A DNA stretch of 64,000 nucleotides from Candidatus Methanomethylicia archaeon (lineage in GTDB: Archaea; Thermoproteota; Methanomethylicia; Culexarchaeales; Culexarchaeaceae). The DNA lies in the NCBI GenBank assembly GCA_038727515.1, contig JAVYVS010000001.1, forward strand, positions 352,001 through 416,000. The letters are read 5' to 3'. The notes under the pieces were generated by a model. The model was not told the DNA's origin. It searched no databases and saw nothing but the letters and a program-made list of their open reading frames with translations. How positions within the stretch are numbered: position 1 is the stretch's first letter; every line of letters starts with the position of its first letter. Both the position numbers and the translations under genes were made by a program. Shown here one piece after another: positions 10,341 to 20,989 of the stretch.

Positions 10341-10736
10341 TTAGCATTTAGAACTCTCTACAACTTCAAAGTGTACATGCCTACCATCTTTATCAAAAAC
10401 AGCAATGCAATCAACACCATTATAAGGGTATGCAATGATAACCATGATTACACCATACATACCACTATAATCCTCCACGGAGGGTTCTAAAATTCCAGAG
10501 GGATGGGAGTGTAAACTCCCAATTATAGTTAAATCGATTGGTATCATAGAAGGATTAAAACTAACAAAACCTTTACCAAGAGTAGTTAATGGAGGAAATA
10601 AGAATTCATATATTAGAAAGCCATCCCTAAATCTCTTACCCCTCAACAATAGGAATATCTCCCTTGGATGCATATCCCTAGCATATGAAAGGAGAGAGTA
10701 GAGTACATTTTCACAAAAATATATTTTCAAAGGCAT
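10341..10736 (-). CDS. JAMM/MPN+ (Mov34) metalloprotease
   Basis: HPREI...GSLHSHPSG...PSVED JAMM motif. Start moved to ATG 10736 because the longer ORF overlaps the divergent gene. Confidence 0.88.
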   Translation of the reverse strand: MPLKIYFCENVLYSLLSYARDMHPREIFLLLRGKRFRDGFLIYEFLFPPLTTLGKGFVSFNPSMIPIDLTIIGSLHSHPSGILEPSVEDYSGMYGVIMVIIAYPYNGVDCIAVFDKDGRHVHFEVVESSKC

Positions 10737-10834
10737 CACCAACAATGAGAAAAAACCGTAAATATATAGACTCAACCAAATATAAACCTTAAATAATTTA
10801 GGTGGAGGTATAAATAAATTATTTTGGTGAATAT

Positions 10835-13054
10835 ATGAAAAACTTGAAAGAAAAGACATTAACACTTCTACTAACCTTAATAATGATTTTAACATTAACA
10901 AAAGCAAGCTTTATTGAACTAAACGTGAAAGCAGAAACACTCACATATTACGCTGAAAAAATTAAATTCCCCCTTCACAGCCTTCCAGAACCAGTTTTAA
11001 ATGGTGGAATTTTCAATGTAACGATTAAAATGGATTCCAATGTTAAATGGATTAAAGCAGAAGTATATAATGAAACACATAGATTAAATGCAAATCTATT
11101 AAAGGCAAACTACATATCTGAAAAAGGTATTTGGCAATTAAGTTTCAAATTAACAAATGAGTATAGTGAAGGTGTATATAATTTAGATTTAATCTATGAG
11201 GGAGGAATATTATCTCAACCTAGATGTCTATGGATACTTCCAGAGTGGCCTGAGAAACTAGACATACTTGCATGTGGAGATGTTAAACCTGAAGGATTAC
11301 CATACTTTTGGGAGATGATGTATGAAGCCAACCTAATAAACCCAGATTTAATAATATTCTTAGGAGACTTAGTAAATGTACCAACAGTAACACTACAATG
11401 GATAAAATTCCTAGAACCATATATGATGTTCAAAGACCCAATGTATGTTACCGCTGGAAACCATGAGTATGAAGATATTGGAAGTGCAAAACTCTATGAA
11501 AATATAATTGGACCATTAAATTACAGTATAACCATAGGAAAATTCCTACTCGTGAGTTTAGACACCGATAAAGATGGATGGGTGAGAATGGAGAGATTAA
11601 AATGGCTTGAAAACATTTTAAAAGAAAACAAAGAGAAAACGAAAATAATATTCTTCCACTTCCCATTATTTACAGAAAAACTAAAGGAGTGGGGAATAGG
11701 ATATTTAAATATAACCTCATGGACAGATATAGACTACTATATAGAAAAAGGATATTTGTTCGGAGACCCATCAGACTATCTTTCATGGAAAGGTCATCCA
11801 AACGAAGCAAAAGAACTATTTAGATTAATAATAGAATACGATGTCAGACTAATACTATCAGAACACATACATTCAGATTTAAATGTAATAGTATTTAATA
11901 ACTCAACTGGAAAGAAACATTACTTCATAACTCCAGCAGCATTGGCATACGACATACCAAATTACGATATAAGAGGTTTCAAACTTATAAGGATATATAG
12001 CAATGGAACAATAGATGAAAATACACTATACAATCCTGGAACAGGATTATTTAAATATCCAAACTCAATACCCATAGACTCTGGAACAACAACATCCTAT
12101 AAACCTAAAACACCATATAAACTCGGCTACCTAGAATACTATTATACACCATCAAATAACGGTTCATCACATGTAGTATCAATAGTAATATCTAATGAAT
12201 TAAATATAACAATAACAAATCCAAGGATAATATTCCAAGTACCAGCAGATATACCAATAACAAAATATAAATGGCATCCCTACCAGCCACAATTCAAATA
12301 TGTGGAAAAAGATGGGAAATACTATATAATACTAACAAATATAACTATTCCAGCAAAAAGTAGAATGTACTTTACAATTGAAAGCATAGAAGATAAAGAT
12401 ACACCACAAATAAAATTTGTAAATATACCGCAAAATATAGACAAGAATAAATGGGTTAAAATAACTATTGAAGCATTTGATAGTGGATGGGGAGTAAAAG
12501 AAGTAGAGGTAGAATATAAAACAAGCGAGGGAAACTGGCAGAAAACAAACATAATTGACTTAGTAAAAGCCGAAAATGGGAGAATAACATATGATGTATG
12601 GATACCACCCATACCAATAGATACAATAATGACACTAAAAGCCACAGTTATAGATCTCTCTGGAAAAACTGCGGAGACAACTACAAATGTAATTGTTGGA
12701 CAACCAAAACCGAAATACACATTAAAAATACTATCATCACCAATAGAAGGATTAACGGTAACTATCAATGGAACAACTGTAACAACACCTTACACAGCAA
12801 CATTAGAAGAAGCAAAATACATAATAACAATACCACAAGAATTAACCATTGCAGGAAAACAATATAAATTTGAGAAATGGAGTGATGGAAATACTCAAAC
12901 CACTAGAACAATAGTATTAAATCAAAATCAAACATTAACCATATACTACACATCAATAGAACCAACACAAATACCGTCAATAACCTACATAGCAATACCA
13001 TTAGTCATCATAATAATAGCACTAGTAATTATCGTAAAGATTAGGAAAACATAG
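10835..13054 (+). CDS. Secreted, C-terminally anchored calcineurin-like metallophosphoesterase with Ig-like/beta-sandwich domains
   Basis: Signal peptide; GDVK, GDLV, GNHE, HFP, EHIH; Thr-rich beta domains (YKFEKWSDG); C-terminal TM then KIRK. Confidence 0.82.
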   Translation: MKNLKEKTLTLLLTLIMILTLTKASFIELNVKAETLTYYAEKIKFPLHSLPEPVLNGGIFNVTIKMDSNVKWIKAEVYNETHRLNANLLKANYISEKGIWQLSFKLTNEYSEGVYNLDLIYEGGILSQPRCLWILPEWPEKLDILACGDVKPEGLPYFWEMMYEANLINPDLIIFLGDLVNVPTVTLQWIKFLEPYMMFKDPMYVTAGNHEYEDIGSAKLYENIIGPLNYSITIGKFLLVSLDTDKDGWVRMERLKWLENILKENKEKTKIIFFHFPLFTEKLKEWGIGYLNITSWTDIDYYIEKGYLFGDPSDYLSWKGHPNEAKELFRLIIEYDVRLILSEHIHSDLNVIVFNNSTGKKHYFITPAALAYDIPNYDIRGFKLIRIYSNGTIDENTLYNPGTGLFKYPNSIPIDSGTTTSYKPKTPYKLGYLEYYYTPSNNGSSHVVSIVISNELNITITNPRIIFQVPADIPITKYKWHPYQPQFKYVEKDGKYYIILTNITIPAKSRMYFTIESIEDKDTPQIKFVNIPQNIDKNKWVKITIEAFDSGWGVKEVEVEYKTSEGNWQKTNIIDLVKAENGRITYDVWIPPIPIDTIMTLKATVIDLSGKTAETTTNVIVGQPKPKYTLKILSSPIEGLTVTINGTTVTTPYTATLEEAKYIITIPQELTIAGKQYKFEKWSDGNTQTTRTIVLNQNQTLTIYYTSIEPTQIPSITYIAIPLVIIIIALVIIVKIRKT

Positions 13055-13155
13055 ACCATAAAATTGAATTCAATATTTTAAAACATACTCCTTTTTATGT
13101 TTTTATGGGAGTATTGTAGTTAAAAATAATTGGCAGGTTTCATAAAATATTTACT

Positions 13156-13965
13156 GTGAATAAAATAAAAATAATTGTTGCACCAAATTTAAAGCTACCA
13201 AATCTTGAAGTATCAAGTCGAATAATTGAAGATTCAGAATATAACACACTATTAGTGAATATTTATGAGGAAATTGAACCTCAAGTAAAAGCTTTATCAG
13301 ATGGAAAAATAACTTTCAAAGATTTTATAGATAGAATCTCAAAGATTAAATTCATGATTCACCCCATAGGAAGCTGGTTATACCCAATAGAACCAATAAT
13401 AAGAAGTTTAGAGGGAATTAAAAGAAAAAGGAGAATTGAAGTATATTGTTATAAAAATTTAGAATATGAGAAACGCCTCCACGAAATAACAACGGAAATA
13501 TCCATATTAATAGCTAAAAGTAAAATTTTTGGAAAAATAAATGTTAAAGAATGGAAGAAGAAATTGATGGATAGAATAATTTTGAAGGATGAAGCTTTGA
13601 GGGTTGAAGCAAATAGAATTCATATAAAAGCTGATGGGATAAGCCTATGCATATCAAATCTTTCAGGATATAAACTTGGTGAAATACTTTCTAAGATGGG
13701 TGATGAAGTAGAGGTAGAAGAAGTTATGGATGAATATTATCCAACACCATTAGAAGAATTGGAAATGAAGATTAGGGATGGCAGAGTAGGTGATAAGGAG
13801 GTGGAGGAAGGTGTAAAGAAACATTTAGAATACATAGAGAAATATGTTTTAACTAGTGAAAATATAGATCAAGCGTATTATCGATGGTTGTATGATAATT
13901 ATCCACAGATTAGAGGTAAAATAGATTTAAATGAATTAAACCTCTTAAATAAATTCAAAAAGTAA
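13156..13965 (+). CDS. Hypothetical protein
   Basis: 269-aa ORF with genome-typical composition that fills the gap; no motif recognised. Confidence 0.7.
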   Translation: MNKIKIIVAPNLKLPNLEVSSRIIEDSEYNTLLVNIYEEIEPQVKALSDGKITFKDFIDRISKIKFMIHPIGSWLYPIEPIIRSLEGIKRKRRIEVYCYKNLEYEKRLHEITTEISILIAKSKIFGKINVKEWKKKLMDRIILKDEALRVEANRIHIKADGISLCISNLSGYKLGEILSKMGDEVEVEEVMDEYYPTPLEELEMKIRDGRVGDKEVEEGVKKHLEYIEKYVLTSENIDQAYYRWLYDNYPQIRGKIDLNELNLLNKFKK

Positions 13966-13966
13966 A

Positions 13967-15016
13967 TTAACCATAATATCTACCCACTATAGGTATCTTT
14001 TCACCACATTTTGGACAAGTATTATCTGGACCTAGATTATATTCAATAATTGAAAATACATATCTCTTAATTAACAATGTGGAACATTTTGGGCAATAAG
14101 TATTTTCCTTATCATGACCTGGAACATTACCAATATAAACATAGTTTAAACCTTCATCATAACCAATTCTCCATGCTTTCTCTAAAATTTCCACTGGAGT
14201 TCTAGAGGGATATAAACCATATTCCAATGCCTTATATGCAGGATAATATTGTGTAACATGCCAAGGAGTATCTTCTCCAAGTTCACGTTTAATTCTACCC
14301 GCAATACCCCTAAGGCAATCTTCATCATCATTAACTCCAGGTATAATTAATGTGGTTATTTCCACGTGAACACCACGCTTCTTAAATTCAATACAATTCC
14401 TCCAAACTTTCTCAACATCAGCACCACAATACTTTAATACAGCTTCATAATCACCCTTAATATCAACATTAACCGCATCCAATCCACTATCACAAAGAAG
14501 TTTTAAAGCTTCAAGACTCATATAACCATTAGTTACAAAGGTATTATAATATCCACGATTCTTAGCAAGTTTAAAAACATCAATTGAATATTCAAGGAAT
14601 AATGTTGGTTCATTAAAGGACATGCTTGTCCCAATACAATCATACCTATCAATCATATCAACAAATCTCTCAGGTGAAATATAATTACTCCACCTTAAAT
14701 CTGGAGGAAATTTACTTATCATATAATTTTGACACCATGGACATGTGAAATTACAAGACCAACTACCCATAGTTAAAGCATAACTGCCAGGGTAGAAATG
14801 AAATAATGGCTTTTTCTCAATGGGATTTGCACTAATTGAAGATACATCACCATATATTAAGGTATAGAATTTACCATTCAAATTCAATCTAGTTTTACAA
14901 AAACCTTTAGAATTATTTTCAACTATACAAAATCTTTCACAGGTTTTACATTTAACATCTCCATTAAGTTTATCATATAATAGTGCTTCTCTAAAACATG
15001 GATTTCCCCTAAACAT
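13967..15016 (-). CDS. amrS: AmmeMemoRadiSam system radical SAM enzyme
   Basis: N-terminal CKTCERFC; NPIEKKPLFHFYPG; CNFTCPWCQN; YVYIGNVPG; CPKC...CPKC. Confidence 0.9.
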   Translation of the reverse strand: MFRGNPCFREALLYDKLNGDVKCKTCERFCIVENNSKGFCKTRLNLNGKFYTLIYGDVSSISANPIEKKPLFHFYPGSYALTMGSWSCNFTCPWCQNYMISKFPPDLRWSNYISPERFVDMIDRYDCIGTSMSFNEPTLFLEYSIDVFKLAKNRGYYNTFVTNGYMSLEALKLLCDSGLDAVNVDIKGDYEAVLKYCGADVEKVWRNCIEFKKRGVHVEITTLIIPGVNDDEDCLRGIAGRIKRELGEDTPWHVTQYYPAYKALEYGLYPSRTPVEILEKAWRIGYDEGLNYVYIGNVPGHDKENTYCPKCSTLLIKRYVFSIIEYNLGPDNTCPKCGEKIPIVGRYYG

Positions 15017-15025
15017 GATGGATCA

Positions 15026-16822
15026 CTAGAGAATCTTACGTAAATTTTCGATTAATATTTCTTCATTATTTGGAGTTTTAATAAATAAAGCAACATTCTT
15101 CCTTCTAGTTGCTTTATGTGATATAAAGAGCCATTCACCAGTATCCAATTGTGCGGTTTTATCAAGGATTTCAGGGCTAATCCCCGAAGCATCAGCAATA
15201 ACATGTCTATCATAACTTCTAGGAAGAGTTCCAGCATAATAACTATGTAATTGCTGTATAGCATTAACATTTAATCTAGCAACCCTCTGAGTACTAATCC
15301 AACCGTGAATCCTATACTTCCTACCCTGCCTTAAAAGTCTTTCAACATCAACATTAGATTGAAAAGTTAAATCCTCCTTTCTAACTTCATCTGGAATGAA
15401 TTCTTGTGCTTCATCTAAAACAATCAAAACCCTAGGACCACCAAAACTCTTCTTCCTCAAGGAGAAGAGAGCACCAATAAACTTAGATGTAAAATCTCTA
15501 GCTTGCATTGGATCTGGAACATATGCTACCATAAGCTTACAATTACCCTCCATAACCAATTTAGCAATATCCCAAGGGGAATATCCATAACCAAAATCTT
15601 CTCCACCAACATTAATGAGTTTATCTCTAAAGATCTCTAAAATACCATTAAACTTAGTTCTAGATCTACTGGCATCTAATCTAGCTAGAACATCATCAAT
15701 CATTCTAATAATACTATTTTTAACCTCTCTATACTCATCTTTAACAGCAATCTCATGAAAACTAATATCTTGAGGGAGTTTACTAGTTAATGTAATTAAC
15801 TTGGAATACATTTCTGAAGCTAGAAGCTTTGTAAGTTGATTTTGATCATTCCTCAAATCATCTATTAACTCAACCATATAACTAAGCTTATCACTTTTAC
15901 GTTCACCCAAATCTATTTTACAAATCCTATTACTACCAATTAAATTTAGAATCTGGTATTCTAAAGACTCCCTTATACCACTATTCCCAAACAATTTATC
16001 TTCTAAACTTTCAGGAATTACTTGTGATGCAAGAAATGATTCTACAGCATCATCGCTTCCAATAAAATCTTCAGTGGAAAATATCATGCCATTCTTAATG
16101 ATCTCATCAAGAAGATTAATACTATATTCCCCAGCAACATCAATTATAAATATTGAAGTATTCCTAAGATTATTTAAAACCTTCCTGATAATTAGAGAAG
16201 TTAAATTAGATTTACCACAACCAGTAAATCCAAAAACACCACCATGAAACTTTATTAAATTCAATAAATCAATCTTCAATGTATGTTGAAAACCAATAAG
16301 TTCACCAAGTTCAACGCCACCTTCAACATTAACGAGTCTATCGATAGCCCATGAAGATAATAGATGAGCTCTAGCACCTACAAGAGGCATAATATTGGGA
16401 TCATATTTAAACTCTACATCCCCATCACGAATACACATAACATAACCAGTATATACACTACCAATATCAATCCAAGTATCTTCAGAATCCCCCCACATAG
16501 AGTAAATCTTCAATAGAAAATCATCCCTTAAAGCTTTAGGCATACTAACATCCATTGAAAGCTCTTGTATATGTAAAGGTCTAACACTAAAAGTCTCATA
16601 TATAAGGTAATCAACTCTATCCTCAGTAGGTCTTTCCACAGCAATAAAAGAAGGTTTAGAAAGTCTATCAAGAACCGCTAAATTAAAGGATGCTTCAAAA
16701 ATCCCAATAATACTCTTTAAAACAATCTTACCCTCTTCATAAGAGGTCTTTATAGAGGTTTCCCTAAGTCTAGCATTAAATGCACCATTAAGATCATTAA
16801 ACCAAGGATTATCCAAACTCAT
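15026..16822 (-). CDS. HerA/FtsK-family ATPase (DUF87-like)
   Basis: Walker A GFTGCGKS, IIDVAGEY, Walker B IVLDEAQ, RQGRK, STQR. Probable start ATG 16822 (MSLDNPW). Confidence 0.88.
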   Translation of the reverse strand: MSLDNPWFNDLNGAFNARLRETSIKTSYEEGKIVLKSIIGIFEASFNLAVLDRLSKPSFIAVERPTEDRVDYLIYETFSVRPLHIQELSMDVSMPKALRDDFLLKIYSMWGDSEDTWIDIGSVYTGYVMCIRDGDVEFKYDPNIMPLVGARAHLLSSWAIDRLVNVEGGVELGELIGFQHTLKIDLLNLIKFHGGVFGFTGCGKSNLTSLIIRKVLNNLRNTSIFIIDVAGEYSINLLDEIIKNGMIFSTEDFIGSDDAVESFLASQVIPESLEDKLFGNSGIRESLEYQILNLIGSNRICKIDLGERKSDKLSYMVELIDDLRNDQNQLTKLLASEMYSKLITLTSKLPQDISFHEIAVKDEYREVKNSIIRMIDDVLARLDASRSRTKFNGILEIFRDKLINVGGEDFGYGYSPWDIAKLVMEGNCKLMVAYVPDPMQARDFTSKFIGALFSLRKKSFGGPRVLIVLDEAQEFIPDEVRKEDLTFQSNVDVERLLRQGRKYRIHGWISTQRVARLNVNAIQQLHSYYAGTLPRSYDRHVIADASGISPEILDKTAQLDTGEWLFISHKATRRKNVALFIKTPNNEEILIENLRKIL

Positions 16823-16885
16823 TAAATAAACCCAAATAATAATCAATACACAATGAAAAATATTTTTTATGTTTAAAATCATAAA

Positions 16886-17185
16886 TTAATATCTAATTCG
16901 AAAATCTTTAAACTCCCCCTTATAATCTTCCCAAATAACTTCCACACGATCTACACGGGCAAGTGGAGGACCTTCATGAGCCCATTCAATAACTCTTTTA
17001 ACAGCATCTTCAGGACCCTCAAGAACGGCTTCAACTCTACCATCAGAAGTATTCCTAACCCAACCACAAACTCCAAAACGAGAAGCTACAAAACGCATAT
17101 TAGATCTAAAAAATACACCTTGAACTCTACCAGAAATAAATATGTGAGCTCTAACCATCTTAACAGAAGACAGAAGTACCACCAA
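16886..17185 (-). CDS. acyP: Acylphosphatase
   Basis: [27 protein letters not shown]. The true start is probably the internal Met (MVRAH). Confidence 0.93.
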   Translation of the reverse strand: MVVLLSSVKMVRAHIFISGRVQGVFFRSNMRFVASRFGVCGWVRNTSDGRVEAVLEGPEDAVKRVIEWAHEGPPLARVDRVEVIWEDYKGEFKDFRIRY

Positions 17186-17280
17186 AACAAAATGTGAAAT
17201 TTAATGAAATAAACTTAACCACTAGTAACTAAAAACGAAATCCTATATATTATTAAAGCTAAGATATTGTTGGTGGAAAA

Positions 17281-19098
17281 TTGAATCTAAGTGAAGAAAC
17301 AAAGCAGTTAAGGAATTCCCTAAATCATTTAGTGAGAATATTTGAAAATAGAATAAGGGATATCAGTAGAATATCGTATTATGGAGAATTCATAAGGGAA
17401 TATAGAAGTGAAGGAATATATGAAAAGTTTAAGGAATTCTTTGGAGAAGGAGAATTTAAAATTCTGGGGATAGATGGCTCACTCACACAAGAAAGAAGAA
17501 TTGAAATGTTAATATTCTATGTTTGCGCAGTTGGATTTTATGGTAAACTTACCATTAAAAATTCAGAGGTAAAAATAGATGTTAGTAGAGCAGCTGAAGA
17601 AGCAACAGTAAATCTATCAACAAGCATACCATTATGGCTTGAAGATATATCAAATATAGATCCAAACTTTGAATACATCTTAAACGATTTTGAATTAATA
17701 AAAACAATAGATAGCATACCATACGCGCTAATGACAATGAGTGAACTAAAATTGGCATATGACCAATTAAATTCAGAAGAAGTCAAAGTAGTAGTATTAG
17801 ATAGAATGCTATCTGGAACTTATGGTCCAGCTGCAAGAGACTTTAGAAATTTAGTAAAGAGAAATAAATCGGTGATATGTAAAATAGAAACCCCATATGG
17901 CAATCCAACAATGCTAGACATAAATTTAGCTGGATACATAGGTCCAGGAGGAATTTACATACCATGTAGAGATCCATACCTACCATATTTTGCAATAAAA
18001 AGATTAATTGAAAAAATGCAAAAGGGGGAAGAGAAATTTAAAAAGAGAGATCTACCAAGGATTTTAGATTTAAATGAAAGTTTAACTAAAGAAGCTCTAA
18101 AAGACATATTGAAACTAAATGTTAAGTATAATGGTATCCTATTAAATGATGAAGGAGAATATATAACGTTAAATAAAGATGTAATGAATTATTGGAATAG
18201 AGTATGGTATGCTACAGAAAAACTATTAAACAAGATATATAACTCTAGAGAGAAGCATCCTCTAACAATAGATGAAGAGGAATGGATGACGACACTAGAC
18301 TTAAACACAATAAACCTATACATACTATACTCTATAATAGATAAAGCAGTAAAAGATGGAAAACTATTAATTGGAATAGTTAAGGATACCAATTCAACAG
18401 ATCTCATGAGATCGATGATACCATACATATTAACCAATAAAAATGAGTTAATGCTACCACCAAGATTTAGAAGTGATAAAGCGCTTCTCTCACTTATAAG
18501 CGCTATAAATTATAGAAGTATAAAAGTTCCATGGAGAACAATAGAATATGATTCATTCATGGCAACCATAATACAAGAGGAATTAGATGAAGCATTAGAA
18601 GCAGCATTTAAAGCTGCAAGAGAAATTATTGGAAGAGAGCAATTCACGTTAAAGGGATACTTCCAATTAAGATCATTAAGAGAAGATCCATCGATAAGAA
18701 GCAATATATTTGCATATGATAGACCAATATACCCAAAATATGATTACAAAATGATTAAAAAAGTGGAATGCATACAATTTGGAGAGAAGATATCTGCTGA
18801 ACCAATAATAGAATTGAAAAATGATGAAAACATTATTGGAGATATAATACTACATATATTATACAATTCTGATAATCCAAATGTACTTGAAGAAATGGGC
18901 CATAACCATCTACTATTTCTAGCAGATAAAATGGCTAAGATTATGAGTAGAAATGCTTCAAAAATAATATCTGGATTAACAAGTCTAGATCTTATGACGA
19001 CAACAAAGAAGTATAAGGCATATTTCATAGCTAGAAGATTTAGAGATATGAGGAGTGAAATAGAACATTTAAGAGAAATGAAAGCAAAACAAATCTAA
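17281..19098 (+). CDS. NurA-family nuclease with a large insertion
   Basis: ILGIDGS, VVVLDRML, GIVKD, GHNHLLFLADK.AK; divergent from HerA-like gene. Confidence 0.8.
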   Translation: MNLSEETKQLRNSLNHLVRIFENRIRDISRISYYGEFIREYRSEGIYEKFKEFFGEGEFKILGIDGSLTQERRIEMLIFYVCAVGFYGKLTIKNSEVKIDVSRAAEEATVNLSTSIPLWLEDISNIDPNFEYILNDFELIKTIDSIPYALMTMSELKLAYDQLNSEEVKVVVLDRMLSGTYGPAARDFRNLVKRNKSVICKIETPYGNPTMLDINLAGYIGPGGIYIPCRDPYLPYFAIKRLIEKMQKGEEKFKKRDLPRILDLNESLTKEALKDILKLNVKYNGILLNDEGEYITLNKDVMNYWNRVWYATEKLLNKIYNSREKHPLTIDEEEWMTTLDLNTINLYILYSIIDKAVKDGKLLIGIVKDTNSTDLMRSMIPYILTNKNELMLPPRFRSDKALLSLISAINYRSIKVPWRTIEYDSFMATIIQEELDEALEAAFKAAREIIGREQFTLKGYFQLRSLREDPSIRSNIFAYDRPIYPKYDYKMIKKVECIQFGEKISAEPIIELKNDENIIGDIILHILYNSDNPNVLEEMGHNHLLFLADKMAKIMSRNASKIISGLTSLDLMTTTKKYKAYFIARRFRDMRSEIEHLREMKAKQI

Positions 19099-19105
19099 GA
19101 AGAAA

Positions 19106-20176
19106 ATGCTATACATACTACATACCACAGGACAATGTAATTTAAACTGTAAATATTGTGGTGGAAGTTTTCCACAAAGATTAGTTCCATGGAGAATAGA
19201 ATATGAAATTGAAGATTTACAAAGATTTATGGAGGGAGACCCAAATCCAATAATAGCATTCTATGGCGGAGAACCACTATTAAACAGTAAATTTATAATG
19301 GAAGTAATGGATGAAATACCAAATGCAAAATATGTTATACAAACAAATGCCACATTAATAGAGAATTTAAAATACGAATACTGGTTGAAATTTGATGCAA
19401 TACTACTTTCCATAGATGGAAGAAGAGAAATTACAGATTATTATAGGGGTAAGGGAGTATATGATAAAGTTATTGAAGCAGGGAGGAAACTTAGAGAAAT
19501 AGGTTATAAAAAGGATTTAATAGCTAGGATGACAGTCACAGAGAAATCGAAAATATATGTAGAAGTAAAACACCTAATATCAACAGGTATTTTTGACCAT
19601 ATACATTGGCAATTAAATGTTATTTGGAGTAGAAAATGGAGGAATTTCAGAGATTGGAGTAAAAACTATGTATATGGAGTGAAAATGTTAATTAAAGAAT
19701 GGTTGAAAAATGCTGAGGAAGGAAGAATAATAGGCATAGCACCAATACTTGGAATATTAAAAACAGCATTACAAGATTTAAAGATTGAAAGTCCACCCTG
19801 CGGTTCAGGTAGAACTTCAATAAGCATATCCAGTAATGGTAAAATATATGCATGCCCAATAGCAGTAGATGCAAAATGGGCTGAAATTGGAGACTTATGG
19901 AACAATAATTGGAAAAATGTAAAAAGGATATCCATAGGTGAACCATGCATAAAATGTGAATACTACAATTATTGTGGTGGAAGATGCCTATATGCATACA
20001 TGGAGAAATTATGGGGTGAAAGGGGATTCAAAGAAATATGCAATATAACAAAGAAAACAATAAAAGAAGTTTTAAAGGTAAAAGAAAAAGTTTTTAAAAA
20101 TATAAGATATGGAGAGATAAATCTATACGATATAATTTACCCAAAATTTAATAATACAATTGAGATAATACCATAA
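19106..20176 (+). CDS. Radical SAM/SPASM protein (resembles TIGR04084/AF0577 family)
   Basis: CNLNCKYC, FYGGEPL, IHWQL; SPASM CGSG..CP..CIKC....CGGRC; FNNTIEIIP. Confidence 0.85.
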   Translation: MLYILHTTGQCNLNCKYCGGSFPQRLVPWRIEYEIEDLQRFMEGDPNPIIAFYGGEPLLNSKFIMEVMDEIPNAKYVIQTNATLIENLKYEYWLKFDAILLSIDGRREITDYYRGKGVYDKVIEAGRKLREIGYKKDLIARMTVTEKSKIYVEVKHLISTGIFDHIHWQLNVIWSRKWRNFRDWSKNYVYGVKMLIKEWLKNAEEGRIIGIAPILGILKTALQDLKIESPPCGSGRTSISISSNGKIYACPIAVDAKWAEIGDLWNNNWKNVKRISIGEPCIKCEYYNYCGGRCLYAYMEKLWGERGFKEICNITKKTIKEVLKVKEKVFKNIRYGEINLYDIIYPKFNNTIEIIP

Positions 20177-20208
20177 TTTTATATCAAAAATTTAAAAAAA
20201 GAATAAAT

Positions 20209-20985
20209 TTAATTAGATGCTGGAATTGTTGCTGGTTTCATAGCAGCCTTTTTCTTCTTATAATCAGTGTATATAATGTATAATAAGCCTAAGCAACATA
20301 TTGCAGTCATTATTGGAGCGTAAACACCAGATTCAGGGGTACCTATACCACTAGCCTTCCATGGGAAATATCTACTACCAAGCAATAATTGGAACCTTTG
20401 TATAAGTAGAGATTCTCTACCCATAACTGTATTAGCGAAGGACGCACCTAAAGCGGCTAAAATTACATATCTACCAGCTTTATTTAAATTCTTTAATGGA
20501 CCTTTAAGCTCAGTGGTAAATATGAAGAAGAATATTGCTAGTACAGCACCAAAGAATAATACAAATCTATTAAACGTGGTGAAAGGATCGGCAGCAAACA
20601 ATGATGTACCTATAGCAGCATTTATTTGACCAACGAAATCTGATCTAATAGTACCCCTTAAACCAGTTCCAAGACCATAACCAATACCAATAGCTATAGG
20701 TATCCTGTATAACCAGAAATACTTTCTTGAGAAGAAGAAGTAATAGCATAATCCTATAAGAGCCCATGGAAATACGAAATCCCATCTACCACGATAAACA
20801 ACTGGGTTATATAGGTAATTCTGGAAGAACCATAAGTCGTATGAAACACCATAACCAACACTTATACCAACGTATAAGTGCTCTACAAATCTAAATAGTG
20901 GGTTTTCCCTATATAAGTATGATAGACAACCAAAGCTTACGAATACAGCAGTCCATACGAAAATTAGTTCTTGTAATGTCACCAT
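20209..20985 (-). CDS. Multi-pass membrane protein, subunit D of DUF6754-type operon
   Basis: About 7 TM; SYLYRENPLFRFVEHLYVG; GRYVIL.ALGASFANTVMGR. ATG 20985 follows GGAGGTGGGTGA. Confidence 0.85.
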   Translation of the reverse strand: MVTLQELIFVWTAVFVSFGCLSYLYRENPLFRFVEHLYVGISVGYGVSYDLWFFQNYLYNPVVYRGRWDFVFPWALIGLCYYFFFSRKYFWLYRIPIAIGIGYGLGTGLRGTIRSDFVGQINAAIGTSLFAADPFTTFNRFVLFFGAVLAIFFFIFTTELKGPLKNLNKAGRYVILAALGASFANTVMGRESLLIQRFQLLLGSRYFPWKASGIGTPESGVYAPIMTAICCLGLLYIIYTDYKKKKAAMKPATIPASN

Positions 20986-20989
20986 ACTT

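Noticed and set aside
10737-10907. Long N-terminal extensions in the ORF track (JAMM; also HerA, subunit C, subunit D, COG1373, LeuRS)
   Set aside because: They overlap neighbouring genes or promoters; downstream starts with RBS or TATA support fit better
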